A DNA stretch of 64,000 nt from Octopus vulgaris (Eukaryota), in contig OX597815.1 in the NCBI GenBank assembly GCA_951406725.2, positions 35,340,001 through 35,404,000 on the forward strand, read 5' to 3'. The translations under genes were made by a program, and so were the position numbers. Of the stretch, positions 14,163-27,059 are shown piece by piece. Each line of letters opens with the position of its first letter. Within the stretch, counting starts at the first letter, position 1. The notes under the pieces are model-generated. The model had not been told where the DNA came from, searched no databases, and saw nothing but the letters and a program-made list of their open reading frames with translations.

Positions 14163-14394
14163 TTATTTATTTATTGATTTATTTATTTATTTATTTTTGT
14201 ACATTTATAAAGTGATTAAGAATTCATGTACTATTATATTAATATATTTATGTATCTGCTATATTCATCTAAATACATATTCGTAATTCACACAAATATT
14301 TATAATTTTTAGTATATCTTTTGCCCATGCAGAAATAGACGAATACGTGTACGTACATACGTACGGCATGTACGTGTGCGTATGCGCACGTGCA

Positions 14395-14448
<54 letters not shown>

Positions 14449-14983
14449 TATTTCAAACAAGTACATTTGCGTGTGTTTCTGCATGTAAATATGTTAATGC
14501 AAATTTTCTTGTTAAATTCCTGTACTTTTAAAAATTGATATATGCCCGGATGTAGAACTTACAATTCTTTTCAATTTGTTCCCAGTTGAATCCGAGTGAG
14601 AACATCCAGGTAAAAAGCTTTAAATATTATATCACGTGTCGCCCGAACACTGGTAAAAAGGGACAATGATTAGTGACAATAATTAGTGAATCACATACAC
14701 GCAACTTTGATAAATTAGTATCTCAATTTAGCTATAGCTATTTACTATGTAATTTTGTTTGACTATATTTCGTACTTGTGTGAAACTATCATCTGTTGCG
14801 TGTGTGTGCGTGAGTGTGCGTGTGTGTCAGTGTGTGTGTGTGTGTGTGTCTGTATGTCTGTGTTTGGAAAAACTGGGAAATAAACAGCAGCGGCGGCGAT
14901 GTTTAATCAAACCTGATCGAGCATACCTATAACCGAAAATATTCCAGTCATACAGTTCTATATTTAAGGGATGAGGCTCTATG

Positions 14984-15131
14984 TACATTATTTACATTGT
15001 TTACATTTGACGGATATTTGTCCTCATCTTGTTTGTTGTTAACACGTTTCGGCTGATACACCCTCCAGACTTCATCAGGTGTAGTGGGGAAATTTTGAAC
15101 CTGGGTTCTCATTCCTAAGGTATTTTTCGAT
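14984..15131 (-). mobile_element. Hammerhead-bearing tail unit (family H3), left arm of the palindrome
   Basis: Reverse complement of 16151-16297 and 39500-39650. Its hammerhead (15041-15082) lacks 3 nt at the cleavage site. Confidence 0.85.
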
Positions 15132-15153
15132 TTTGTTATTATTATTATTATTA

Positions 15154-15224
<71 letters not shown>

Positions 15225-15771
15225 GAGTGAGAGAGCAGTGCATGCCATCAAAGTGACACTGGGGCAAAATATACGAAGCCCAGTTTACCCATCATGACTA
15301 CCCGTCTGATAAGGGTACACCAGGCACATGCATCACAACCAAATGTGCGCGACATGGTGATCTCATATCAAGATAAACAACACATGACCGTGCTGGTGGG
15401 GCCCAGTTAGAATTTTCTTCTGGTCGAGTAATCCATCCCGCTCAAAAGGTCCCTGAACAAGGGTTGTTTAAAGATGTTGAACGAAACACCTATGTTTCTA
15501 GGGATGACTTATTCAAACCCCAAAGAAAATACTCTCAACACATGGCTGTGATGCTCCTCAACTACCTCTGCTTATGATCAGAGATGCACATACCGTTAGC
15601 CACTAAGGGACATGCTCAACTGGTTAAGGTCAAACAACTGACAAGCAAATCTGTGGTATTGAGCAGAATATTTGCTGTAGCCCATCTTTTATACCAAGAC
15701 AAAATAATGTACATGATAACACTTCCAATCAGTTAAGATCAGAAGCCACGAGAGCCACTGCCCATCAGGGC
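15225..15771 (-). mobile_element. ~550-bp (AAT)n-associated non-coding element, copy 1
   Basis: Reverse complement of 32445-32998 and 49956-50509 with the same ends; flanked by (ATT)n on both sides. Confidence 0.9.
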
Positions 15772-15885
<114 letters not shown>

Positions 15886-15902
15886 TATTATTTATTATTA
15901 CT

Positions 15903-16051
15903 ATTCAGGTCACTGCCTTGAATCGAACTCAGAATCTTGGGATTAGTAGCCCGCGCTCTTAACCACATCGCCATATTCTCGTGGGCATGACGCAGTGGTT
16001 AAGAGCGCGGGCTACTAACCCCAAGATTCCGAGTGCGATTCCAGGCAGTGA

Positions 16052-16058
<7 letters not shown>
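15903..16058. repeat. Head-to-head inverted pair of tRNA-like SINE heads
   Basis: ~75-bp inverted arms. Right arm GGGCATGACGCAGTGGTTAAGAGCGCGGGCTACTAACCCCAAGATTCCGAGTGCGATTCC has A- and B-box-like motifs and an anticodon-like loop CTACTAA. Confidence 0.9.
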
Positions 16059-16126
<68 letters not shown>

Positions 16127-16150
16127 CAACAACAACAACGAGACGACGAC

Positions 16151-16297
16151 ATCGAAAAAACCTTAGGAATAAGAACGCGGGTTCGAAATTCCCCCAATAC
16201 ACCTGATGAAGGCTGGAGGGTATATCAGCCGAAACGTTGTGTTAACAAGAAATAAGATGAGGACAAATATCCGTCAAATGTAAATAATGTAAACAAT
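16151..16297 (+). mobile_element. Hammerhead-bearing tail unit (family H3), right arm
   Basis: Follows the tRNA-like head and (AAT)n linker; three copies in the window. Confidence 0.85.
16199..16242 (+). ncRNA. Minimal type I hammerhead ribozyme (intact)
   Basis: ACAC-CTGATGA-A-GGCTG-gagggtatat-CAGCC-GAAA-CG-TT-GTGT. Confidence 0.85.
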
Positions 16298-16600
16298 ATT
16301 CTAGTCATGACCATCTAATTTTTTTTTTCGTATCTTCATGGAACACAAGTCCACATCATCCAACTTGTCATTTTTGTAGACAATGGGGTAGGGTTCCAAT
16401 GCGATGTGGTTGCTATTTCAAGCAGACCGAGTGAAATTCTCTGCGTTGGTTTCTTACCTGAAAAGTACATGAGACAACAAAAGATGATGTGACATTCATC
16501 CATTTCCCTGAGACACCGGCAACCTAATAATTCTCAAACACAATTTAGATTCGAAGTACGGCTTTTTCTTTTTCGTTCTTCATTTTATTATTTATGATAA

Positions 16601-16815
16601 AGGCGGCGAGCTTGCAAAATTGTTAGCACGCCGGCCGAAATACTTAGCAGTATTCGTCCGTCCTTATGTTCTGAGTTCAAATCCCACCGAGATTGACTTT
16701 GCCTTTCATCCTATCGGGGCGATAAATTAAGTACCAGTTCAATACTGGGGTCGATGTAATCGACTAGTCCCCTCCACCAAAATTTCAGGACTTGAACCTT
16801 TAGTAGAAAGGATTA
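16601..16815 (+). mobile_element. tRNA-derived SINE (family A, common tail)
   Basis: GGCGGCGAGCTTGCAAAATTGTTAGCACG head, GAGTTCAAATCCC B box, GACTTTGCCTTTCATCC..GGGGTCGAT body. Further decayed copies follow at ~16835-17540. Confidence 0.85.
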
Positions 16816-17764
16816 TATATGATATAATCAATATGGTGAACTGCAATATCGTTAACTGGACTAAATGTTTAGTGGCATATCTTTCGGCTCTTTACGTTCT
16901 GAGGTTAAATCCCACTGTCTGTTATCCTTTCGGGTTCGATATAGTCGGGGTCGATATAATCGACTTACCTTTCCCTCAAAATTGCTGGCCAAGAGCTAAA
17001 ATTAGAAAGAATTATTAATGATATTAATCAAGGCGGTACACTGGCATTTCATTCCGGCTCTTTACGATTCGAGTTCAGTTCCAACCGAGACCAACTTTGC
17101 CTTACATCTTTCCGGTGTCTTGTAAAGTACTAAACAAGTGCTGAGGCCGAGGGTATAGACTCGCCCCTTCCGTTCAAAATTGCTTGGTCTGCGCCTAAAC
17201 CGGAAGCAATTATTATTGATATGAACAAAGCGGTGAGCTAGCAGAATCATTAGAGCGTCTGAAAAAATGCTTTGCGATAATTCTTCTTCCGACTCCTTAC
17301 ATTCTGGGTTCAAATCTCTTCAAGAACAACACTGCCTTTTATCCTTTGTAATCGATAAGATAAAATCAAGTGCTGAACTCGACAAGACCAGTCCTTTGAA
17401 TTACAGCTACAACTCATTTTTGCCATTTGAGTGAACTTGAGCGACGTGAAATCAAGTGTTTTGCTCAAAGACAAAACGCACCTCGATAGTATCAAATAAC
17501 CCGTCCTTCAAAACTGCTGGCCGTATACCTAAATTAGAAACAATAGTTTATAGTATAACCATTAGCACAGTATTGATACCACTACAGTTCGATGTATTGT
17601 GTGTGTGAGAGTTAATATGTTTGTTTAAGATTCATTTCGTACATTAATGCAATTTGCACGTGGAACTGAAAGGGACGTAATTGCGATGCGATACCTAAAA
17701 ACATACTGCCCAGTACTCAATCGTTCTGTTAGTCATCGCTTCTCTAAAATTTCCGACCTAATAT

Positions 17765-17972
17765 TGGTTTCAAATTTTGGCCCAAGGCCAGCAGATTCAG
17801 GGGAGAGTAAGTCGATTACATCGTCCCCACCGCTGTGCTCAACTGGCACTTATTTCATCGACTCTGAAAAGCAAAACCAGCCTCGACGGAATTTGAACTC
17901 ACAACGTAAAGACGGACGAAATGTCGCTAAGCATTTAGCCCGGTATGCTAATGATTCTGCCAACTCGCCGCC
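17765..17972 (-). mobile_element. tRNA-derived SINE (family A)
   Basis: Reverse complement of the family A head and body (GGAATTTGAACTC, CCAACTCGCCGCC). Confidence 0.8.
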
Positions 17973-18007
17973 CTAAAGGCTTCGTGTAATATTAAGGAAG
18001 CACTTAC

Positions 18008-18313
18008 CAATACATAAGGCCATTGGCGTATTCTGTGTTGAATGAGCAGCAATAGTTGGTCAAAACGTGTAGACGGGGTTGTCCCTTTAGTATCCTCGTC
18101 ATTATAGCTCATACCGTTGTCCTTGTATTTGTTGTCGTAGATATTGTTCTTGGTGTCGTCAGTGTTATTGCTGTTACGACTGCCGGTGCTCTTATTGTTG
18201 TAGATATTGGTGGTAGTGGTGGTCATGGTTGTGGTACTGGAGGTGTGGATGTTAATAAGTACTTCTCCAGCCGCAGCTGCTGTAATCCGAATGTGTAAGC
18301 ATAATAAAGACAT
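18008..18313 (-). CDS. Candidate first coding exon, unknown low-complexity protein (MSLLCLHIRITAAAAG...QWPYVL)
   Basis: 102-codon open frame from ATG in non-transposon sequence, ending at a canonical TTG|GTAAGT donor (18007-18002). No recognisable domain. Confidence 0.3.
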
Positions 18314-18389
18314 TTAAGTTGAGACAGTACGACTTAAGATTACTAATGCAAGAGTAGTGACGATGGTGGTGATGGTGGTGGTGGTGGTG

Positions 18390-18435
<46 letters not shown>

Positions 18436-19257
18436 AAGAAGAAGAATGGGCACTAACAGCATTGATAATGTGGAAATTGCTGATGGAGCAGCTGAGATTG
18501 CCTCTGTGTGTATGTGCGCGCGCGTGTGTGTCTGTGTGCGTGTATATGTGTGTATATATGTGTGTATATATGTTTGTATGTGTGAGTTAATATGTTTATT
18601 TAAGACATTATTTAGTGCGGTGCTTTGTTCTTTGCTCTGAGTTCGAATATCGCCAGTGGGAGTTACAACTTACATCTCTTGGGAGTTGATAAAAATAATA
18701 TCAGTAATATATTGGCGGTAACTCAACTACATACCCCTTATACACACACACACACACACATACAACACTTACACACACGCATACACACTCACATATACGC
18801 ACGCATATCACTGATCAAAAGAAACTGCCATTATTGTTGAAGACATAGAGTTGAAATCCGATAACTGGTTATGTAGGAAATCTGTGTTTATAGAATTTAA
18901 AGAATGGAGAATTGTCTTTGTAATATTTAATTGAGTTCGCCAAATCCCGTTGATGTCGACTGAGACTTTCATCCTTTGTTAGTCCATAAAATAAGTACGA
19001 CGTTTTATTTATTTATTCATTTAGTATCCGTCGTAATTAATAAGCAATAACGCCATTGGTTATAGGATACCAACGAGCCATTCACTGCATTTATGACGGC
19101 AAGAGTCTCCATTAATTGATGCATCAGATTTTCGGTTTTCTCAAAATGCCTTTACTGAAATCAAATCAATAAGCTAGCACCTTCCTAGATTCTTAACAAA
19201 AAGAAGTGAAATATTTATACTAATATCAGAGCGACTGCGGTTACTGAGATAGATGTA

Positions 19258-19816
19258 TTGGGTTGTCTGGAAAATTCGTGCTGATTTATAGTAGCTTACA
19301 TTTCGACTTATTTTACAATATGGTTGAGTTCATAAAATAGGATTTGACTACACCATTTAGAGCACAGTTTAAGCTATCTTTTCGTGGAAGAAGGTTTATG
19401 TTCCTATAACCTGTGTTAATTCTGTAACCCTTTAAAATGGAAGATAAGAAACTTCATTTTCGGCACTTGAATTTGGGAACCAGACAAAATTTGCTGCAGC
19501 TCGGCTGGGATGTGTTACCCCACTCTCCATATTCACCAGTATTGCTCCTTCTGATTTCCACTTATTCAGGTCTCTGCAAAATAGTCTTAATGGTAAAAAT
19601 TTCAATTCCTTTGATGACGTAAAAAATACCGTGATGAATTCTTTGCCATGAAACCACCTCAATTCTGGGAAGAGGGTATTTTCAAGTTAAAGGAAAGATG
19701 TAGACGCATTGTGCAACAAAATGGTTCATATTTGGTTGGTTAAAAATGTAATGGCAAGTATTTATTGACCTTTTTCTTTCCTTTAAAAATCGACACGAAC
19801 TTTCCGGACAACTCAA
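19258..19816 (+). mobile_element. Internally deleted mariner (DD34D) element
   Basis: ~30-bp TIRs TTGGGTTGTCTGGAAAATTCGTG / CACGAACTTTCCGGACAACTCAA with TA at both flanks. N-terminal MEDKKLHFRH is fused to C-terminal LGWDVLPHSPYSP..APSDFHLFRSLQN. Confidence 0.92.
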
Positions 19817-20152
19817 TATAATACATTACAATAATTAATTTCGTTACTCTTTGTTCTAAGCTCAAGTAACGCCGAAGTTAACTTTCATTTTTATCCCTCT
19901 GGAATCAAGAAAATACATTACAATAATGTACTGCATTAAATACAATTATTGACTCTCCTCTTTTACAAAAATTGGTCCTACACCCTATTTAAACATCAGC
20001 AATCATAAGAATGAGCATGCACAATAGAGGTGAGTTAAGTTCCTACTTTAAGTTCACGATCTAGTTTCTTTCACTTGCGTTGCAAGTTTCTTTGAGAAAG
20101 ACAGGAACACTACACATTTGTTCCTCCTTAAGCGTGAAATACCTTCGTAATA

Positions 20153-20530
20153 GGGCGAGCTGCCAAAATCGTTAATACGCCGGGAGAAATGCTAAGGAGA
20201 ATTTCTTCCAGCCTTTCACGTTCTGAGTTCAAATGCCACCGGGGTCGAATTTGCTTGTCATCGCTTTGGAATCGATAAAATAAGTACCTGTTGAATACTA
20301 GAATCGATGCAATCGATTATCACCCTCGCCTCAAATTGCTAGCCATAGAAAATTAATTATTATAAAATCGGTTAGCAGGCAAACACGTTAGTGCGGCAGA
20401 CAAAATGCTTGCCTGAATTTCTTCCGGATCATTACGTTCTGAGTTCACCTTTGACTTTCACATTTTCAGAGTCGGTAAAATATAGTGCTAGTCAAATAAC
20501 GGGGTTATTTCCTCAAACTGTAGTTAAGTT
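20153..20530 (+). mobile_element. Two decayed family A SINEs in tandem
   Basis: GGCGAGCTGCCAAAATCGTTA head, TTCTGAGTTCAAAT B box, TCGATAAAATAAGTACC body; second degenerate copy from ~20375. Confidence 0.7.
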
Positions 20531-20802
20531 TCCTGGTATAAAATCAATGTCAAATACAGAACATTTAATAAAAATGTCGCAGGTCAGAGATGGCAAGAGT
20601 CTCTACTACCTTTGAAAAATACGAATACTTAAACAGGTAAAAATTTGATATGTATAGGGAGTGGAGAATATAAAAGAAAATAAAAAAGAAAAGGAAGGGA
20701 GTGAAATACATAAACATATGTTGATACAGTTACAGCATTTACATTTGAGAATGAGATACTTGTGCTAAAAAAAAAATTATGTATTATATGCGTGTTTTAC
20801 GA

Positions 20803-20853
20803 ATTCAGTATACAAACAGATTCAGTATACAAACAGATTCAGTATACAAGCAG
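20803..20853. repeat. 17-bp minisatellite x3 (ATTCAGTATACAAACAG)
   Basis: Three tandem copies with one mismatch. Confidence 0.9.
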
Positions 20854-21264
20854 ATAAAAATAAGTAGCAAAAAAATAACGAAGTTTCTTTTTAATGTTCT
20901 GCATGTTACAGTATTCGATGTTGCAGTTTTCTACGTCTTATAATACGAAACATTTTCATTGATCTATAAATCGCTAATCACTGAAACATTCCAAGACTTC
21001 ATCACAAAAGTCCACCATTTTATTATGTGGATTTGAATGCGCGTGTGTTTATGTGGGTATGTCGTCATAAACATATAACTGTTTATTTATCCAATGCACC
21101 GCTGCGTTAAATAGAGTCACGTATGTTACCTTCTGTGATCGGAAGTGTGTAGCATTCATTGATATGCCCTATTGAAGTGTATATTACAGCAAACAAGTGC
21201 CGAAGTAATACGTATTCACGTCATAGATTTTCTACTCCCTGTTTTCTGTGACATTAAGTGCATT

Positions 21265-21274
21265 GCAGACAGAC

Positions 21275-21361
<87 letters not shown>

Positions 21362-21484
21362 CAGACAGACCGACAGACAGACAGACAGATAGACAGACAG
21401 ACAGACGGACAGGTAGATAGATATATATATATAGATAGATAGATATATACATACATACATAGACAGACAGACAGACAGACTGAC

Positions 21485-21581
<97 letters not shown>

Positions 21582-21906
21582 TTGAGGTCTCTTATGCAGG
21601 TATTTGTATTTAACACAGAACTTCAGTATTTAAAAGTGGAAACTGCCGACTTTTTAGTCGGTTGTCTGATACGATATCCATACTTCCCATACGGACAGTA
21701 TACACGTGTATAGGTATGTGTGTATATGCTTGTATGTGTTGGTGTGAAGAGCAAACTTACTTTGATAGGTACAGGATTCTCTAAATCTATATTTTAGAAT
21801 ACTTTTATAGATAAGTTTCTTTATTGGCCACACAGGGCTGCACACAGATGGGACAAGTTACAAGGTAGAGCTTTTCTTTTGGGGGATGAAAAAAAACCAA
21901 AAGACA

Positions 21907-21968
<62 letters not shown>

Positions 21969-22045
21969 GGATGGATGGATGGATGGATGAATGGATGGAT
22001 GGATGGATGGATGGATGGATGGATAGATAGATAGATATATAGACA
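21265..22045. repeat. (GACA)/(GATA)/(GGAT) microsatellite blocks
   Basis: Runs at 21265-21580 and 21909-22045. Confidence 0.95.
21816..21908 (-). mobile_element. Tx1-type LINE extreme 3' end fragment
   Basis: Minus strand ends TTGTCCCATCTGTGTGCAGCCCTGTGTGGCCAATAAAGAAA, the same tail motif as 13102-13143 and 41115-41162. Confidence 0.55.
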
Positions 22046-22268
22046 GATTTAAAATTTTACTAGGAAATGGTTGGCACTACATTTGAACTTTTGGCCTGTT
22101 CATGGTTATGAGTCTGACAACGGCGAGAAAGCCGAAACTTCGACGTTACTTGAATAACTATGTGGTCCACAATACAGCAGTGAATGATTCTTCAGTCTAA
22201 TATCAAATTGTTTCATGTTTAACTTCAAATAAAAATCAAACATGACTGCACACACACACATATATACA

Positions 22269-22316
<48 letters not shown>

Positions 22317-22876
22317 TATATAGGTTTGTTTACAAGTATTATGTATGTATGTATGTATGTATGTATGTATGTAGGTAGGTAGGTATGTAGGTAGGTATGT
22401 AGGTAGGTAGGTAGGTAGGCAGGTAGACAGGAAGTTAGGTATGTGCATGTATGTATATATGTATGTACGCATGCATGTGTGTGTGTATGTGTGTATGTGT
22501 GTTTGTATGTTTGTGTGCGTGCGTTAGCTGATGACTCACTCCTTTGCTGCTCAGTTTCACGCTGCGTACATTCAATCAGACAGCGTTTAGACAAATGTCG
22601 ATGTTGCCTCATTGAACGTAGTTGACATGAATCTGTGACTAGTTGCAGAATGAATCATCAACTGACTCCCAACTAATATAAACAACACCTAATGCATTGA
22701 GTAATCGAATATTCTTTTATTCTTTCACATATTTCAGTCACTGGGTTTTGGCCATGCTGGGGTACCGACTTGGGGTATTTTTATTCAAATAAAAATCGAA
22801 CTGACTGTATTAAATCTGATCTCGTGAAAAAGGGAAAACCTACAACAGTTGTCAAACGGTGAGATACAAACACATC

Positions 22877-23205
22877 TATTTCTTTATTGCCCACAATGGG
22901 GCTAAACATAGAGGGGACAAACAAGGACAGACAAAGGGATTAAGTCAATTACATCGATCCCAGTGCGTAACTGGTACTTTATTTATTGACCCCGAAAGGA
23001 TGAAAGGCAAAGTCGACCTCGACGGACATAGGTATTAAGTCGATTACATCGACCCCAGTGCGTAACTGGTACTTTATTTATTGACCCCGAAAGGATGAAA
23101 GGCAAAGTCGACCTCGGCGGAATTTGAACTCACAACGTAACGACAGACGAAATACGGCTACGCATTTTACCCGGCGTGTTAACGTTTCTGCCAGCTCGCC
23201 ACCTT
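22877..23205 (-). mobile_element. Family A SINE with Tx1-type tail, internal duplication and TSD
   Basis: Full head at the 23205 end; ~90-bp internal duplication; ACAAACACATC duplicated at 22866-22876 and 23210-23220. Inserted into a decayed family C SINE (from ~22725). Confidence 0.9.
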
Positions 23206-23704
23206 AGAGACAAACACATCGTGCACACACACATGTACAAACACTCTCACTCACACGTACACACATGTATGTTATATATATATATGTGTTTGCGGTTATA
23301 ATGAGTGTGAATTGAGTGTATGAATATATATATACACATATGTTTGTATGTGTGGTTTTATGCGGAGGGAGTAGATACGCGCAAGCTACTCTTGAATAAA
23401 ATATATGCACGTGCAATCGTATTTGATAAGTTTTTGTACACTCGGACGTGAGAGACCTTTTACCGTGAAGATAATTTCGAGCAAAAAATTCTCCAATTAA
23501 GCATTCTGGAAAATTTCAGTTAGTAAAAGTTATAAGGTATCTCTAATGGAATTTATTCAATAAATTAATTAAGGGCTGGTAAATTTCAAAAAATTGAAAT
23601 TGATGTAACATAGGAGTTATGTTCTATTTAATAAGTTCCATTTCGAAAGGAAACGATGTATGAAGTTACAGTTTGATAAGTTTTTTCCCCTTTTCTAGAA
23701 TATT

Positions 23705-23786
<82 letters not shown>

Positions 23787-23809
23787 CCACCACCATCATC
23801 ATCATATAT

Positions 23810-24090
23810 ATATATATATATATAAAGCTGAAGCTGTCTGTGTTTGTGTGTGTGTGTGTATGTGTGGCAGGTTTGCTAGCCTTCAACTAGCACTATCTCC
23901 TCCGAGACTCTGCGGCGCAAGTAGACCAAAATTGAGAGTATGATAGAAGTCTTGCTCTACATTCCGTAGAAGAAAAAATTCAAATCGGACCATGTTAAGC
24001 CAAAAATTATTTACATCGTAAAGGTGCTTCTTTTCTATGAAAATACCTATTTTTTACGATTTTTTGACTGATGTGTCGCCATTTCTCGGT
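23810..24090 (+). mobile_element. Probable non-autonomous Helitron-like fragment
   Basis: (TA)n-TAAAGCTGAAG start followed by a TG microsatellite and ACCAAAATT/AAATCGG motifs resembling the architecture of 8989-9371. No 3' hairpin or CTRR seen. Confidence 0.4.
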
Positions 24091-24120
24091 GCATGTATAT
24101 ATATATATATATATATATAT

Positions 24121-24180
<60 letters not shown>

Positions 24181-24672
24181 TATACATATATATATATGTA
24201 TGTGTGTGTGTATGTATATATATATATATGTATATATATATGTGTGTATATATGTATATACATAGGTATGCCTTTATATGTTCATATGTATGTCTTTATA
24301 TGCATATATATATGTCTTTATATGCATATATATATGCATATATATATGTATGTATACATATGTATATATGTGTAAGTATATACATATTTTTATGTATGTA
24401 AAATTAAAGTTTAGGTAGGAGAATTTACTATGTGTATCCAAAAATTCTTATGGAAATGTCAAGCACGTTCACCGCTTGCAGCTACCAGGTTTCAACCGGG
24501 GTAATGCACTTTAATTTGTGGATGCACTGAAGAAATTCCTCGGTGCACGTTGAGTATATTCTAAATGATTAATACGGAAATCAGAGTATACTGGAAACAG
24601 AAGTAAGCAAAAACGATCATTGTCCTAAATAAAGCCTCTAGTACACTCTGTCTTCCGTATTAATCATTTAGA

Positions 24673-24756
<84 letters not shown>

Positions 24757-24800
24757 AAACAGTTAAGATAGAAAATGCTAAAATAATTTTACAAAGAACA

Positions 24801-24844
24801 TTTCAGTACCGGTTTCGGTCATTTTGAGACATTTTCAACTGTAA
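24801..24844 (-). ncRNA. Hammerhead variant with U3-A8 core (family H4)
   Basis: Minus strand: TTACAG-TTGAAAA-TGTC-tcaaaat-GACC-GAAA-CCGG-TA-CTGAAA, inside a ~170-bp island between (TA)n runs. Confidence 0.6.
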
Positions 24845-24921
24845 CGATTGAATAATTCAATTTAGAAAAATTAAAAGAAAAGTTTTTTTAAAGGAATATT
24901 TGTATAGTGTTCAAAAAGTCC

Positions 24922-24961
<40 letters not shown>

Positions 24962-24962
24962 A

Positions 24963-25191
24963 AAATTCAGAAAATGGAGACGTAGCATTAATATAATTTA
25001 TTAACTGCAAAATTCCAACATATTCTCTTACAGCTGTTTCAGTTTTGCCTAAAGATTAAATTACAATAATTAAATCATTGTATAAAGCAAAATCTCATCA
25101 GTGGGATAGAAAAGATATACCGTTAGGTTATTAGGTGTTGTGTTTTCAAATCATCTCAGCAGACTGAATATTCTTTTGTTGCTAATATTGG
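24963..25191 (-). mobile_element. Penelope-like repeat unit with hammerhead (family H5), left arm of an inverted pair
   Basis: Reverse complement of 26261-26490. Minus strand CTGATGA-GATTTTGC...GCAAAACT-GAAA-CAGCTG-TA at ~25025-25105; stem I weak. Confidence 0.7.
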
Positions 25192-25911
25192 AAGATTAAT
25201 TCAATTTTACCTTTTAAACTATTTTCGATGTCACAAGCGACTATCCCCTAAATAATATCATTTTCAAGGACATAACAGTCTTTTCAACTTTATAAACAAA
25301 TTATCTTTGTTTTCTGTTAGATCTATTTAATTCAATGATACAAGAACGCTTTCTATTTTAAAATATTCGAACAATCAAATTGTTTTGACTTTAGTTGATC
25401 GATACCCATTTTCGTTAGGAGAGAGAGAATTATGGTTTGTAAATGTACATATTTATGTATTATTTCGTGCATGTAATTCTTCATTATATGTGTATGCATA
25501 TGTAAATGTACGTGTAACATGTATGTGTATAAGGGTGTAGAAAGCTTTACGAAAAAATGTGTTACGTATAATTGTTAATATATATATATATATATATATA
25601 AGTATGAGTGCGTAAGTATACGCGTAGGTATATGAATGCGTATGCGTGTATGCACAAGTGTGTGTGTTTGTGTGTACATATAAGCATCTTCATGAGAGCG
25701 TACTTTATACACACATATTTGTATCCATTGTTTGTGTACGTGTTTTATGTGTGTATATGTGTATGTATATCCACATATATGCATACATATGTTACTTGTA
25801 TGCATACGCATGAATATACCTGTGAATACGTACATGTGCATAAATACATATATGTGTGTGTGTGTCTGTATATATACATATATATATATATATTTGTATA
25901 TATATATATAT

Positions 25912-26011
<100 letters not shown>

Positions 26012-26260
26012 TGTATTAAACGATGAATGTTTTTTTTTGACCAGGATTAATATGTTTTATCTATTTTTCACATTAACATCCCTCAATTTTATAAACAAAT
26101 TATAAAAGTATTCATTTATTTATTCCCGCATTCATAGGATACTATTATTTACTGTAACACTATCTAACCTTCATTTAATTATTTACCAATTATTATCCTG
26201 GTTATATCCACATTATCCATTACCCACCAAAACAACCTATAACCCCTAGTACACGTTTAT

Positions 26261-26490
26261 ACCAATATCAGCAACAAAACAATATTCAGACTGTTGAGAT
26301 GATTTGAAAACACAACATCTAATAACCTAACGGTATATCTTTTCTACCCTTCAGATGAGATTTTGCCTGATACAATGATTTAATTATAGTAATTTAATCT
26401 TTAGGCAAAATTGAAACAGCAGTAAGAGAACATGTTGGATCTTTGCCGTTAATAGATTATATTAATGCTACATATCCATTTTCTGAATTT
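26261..26490 (+). mobile_element. Family H5 unit, right arm (hammerhead core mutated to CAGATGA)
   Basis: ~230-bp diverged inverted copy of 24963-25191. Confidence 0.7.
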
Positions 26491-26738
26491 ACTTTTGAAT
26501 ATTTATAAACCAAGATTTATATTTAGACCTATTATTTTATGAAAAACACAATTCACAAAAAATACTACGCAATGAACCAGTTACTCGTTGGATATTTTTA
26601 TCCCTTAATGAGGGTATTCTAACCTCTAATTAAATATATATATATATTTATAATAAGGATAATATCGATATTTAAATATCGATATTAACAAGTGGCCAGC
26701 ATGGGAAAAAATACCGTACAAAGGTGATAATTTTTTAC

Positions 26739-27002
26739 AACTAAAAATAAGGGTGTCTGCGAGACACCACCATGCCGAAATAGCAGTCAAAACCCTGACT
26801 TTAAAAACCACGTTAAATGTTCATATCATACCATGAGATAAGACAGAGGGACAAAATAAACTAGCAAAAAATATTTTGCTAGTCTATTTTGTCCCTCTGT
26901 CTTATCTCATGGTACGATATGAACATTTAACGTGGTTTTTAAAGTCAGGGTTTTGACTGCTATTTCGGCATGGTGGTGTCTCTCAGACACCCTTATTTTT
27001 AG

Positions 27003-27004
<2 letters not shown>
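26739..27004. repeat. 266-bp near-perfect palindrome
   Basis: 131-bp arms around a 4-nt loop (26870-26873), 3 mismatches. A related diverged element is at 44757-45020. Confidence 0.95.
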
Positions 27005-27050
<46 letters not shown>

Positions 27051-27059
27051 CTAATTTGA

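Noticed and set aside
15983-16055. Functional tRNA gene
   Set aside because: The acceptor stem does not close, the B box is mutated in this arm, the ACT anticodon is atypical and there is no oligo-T terminator; treated as a SINE head.
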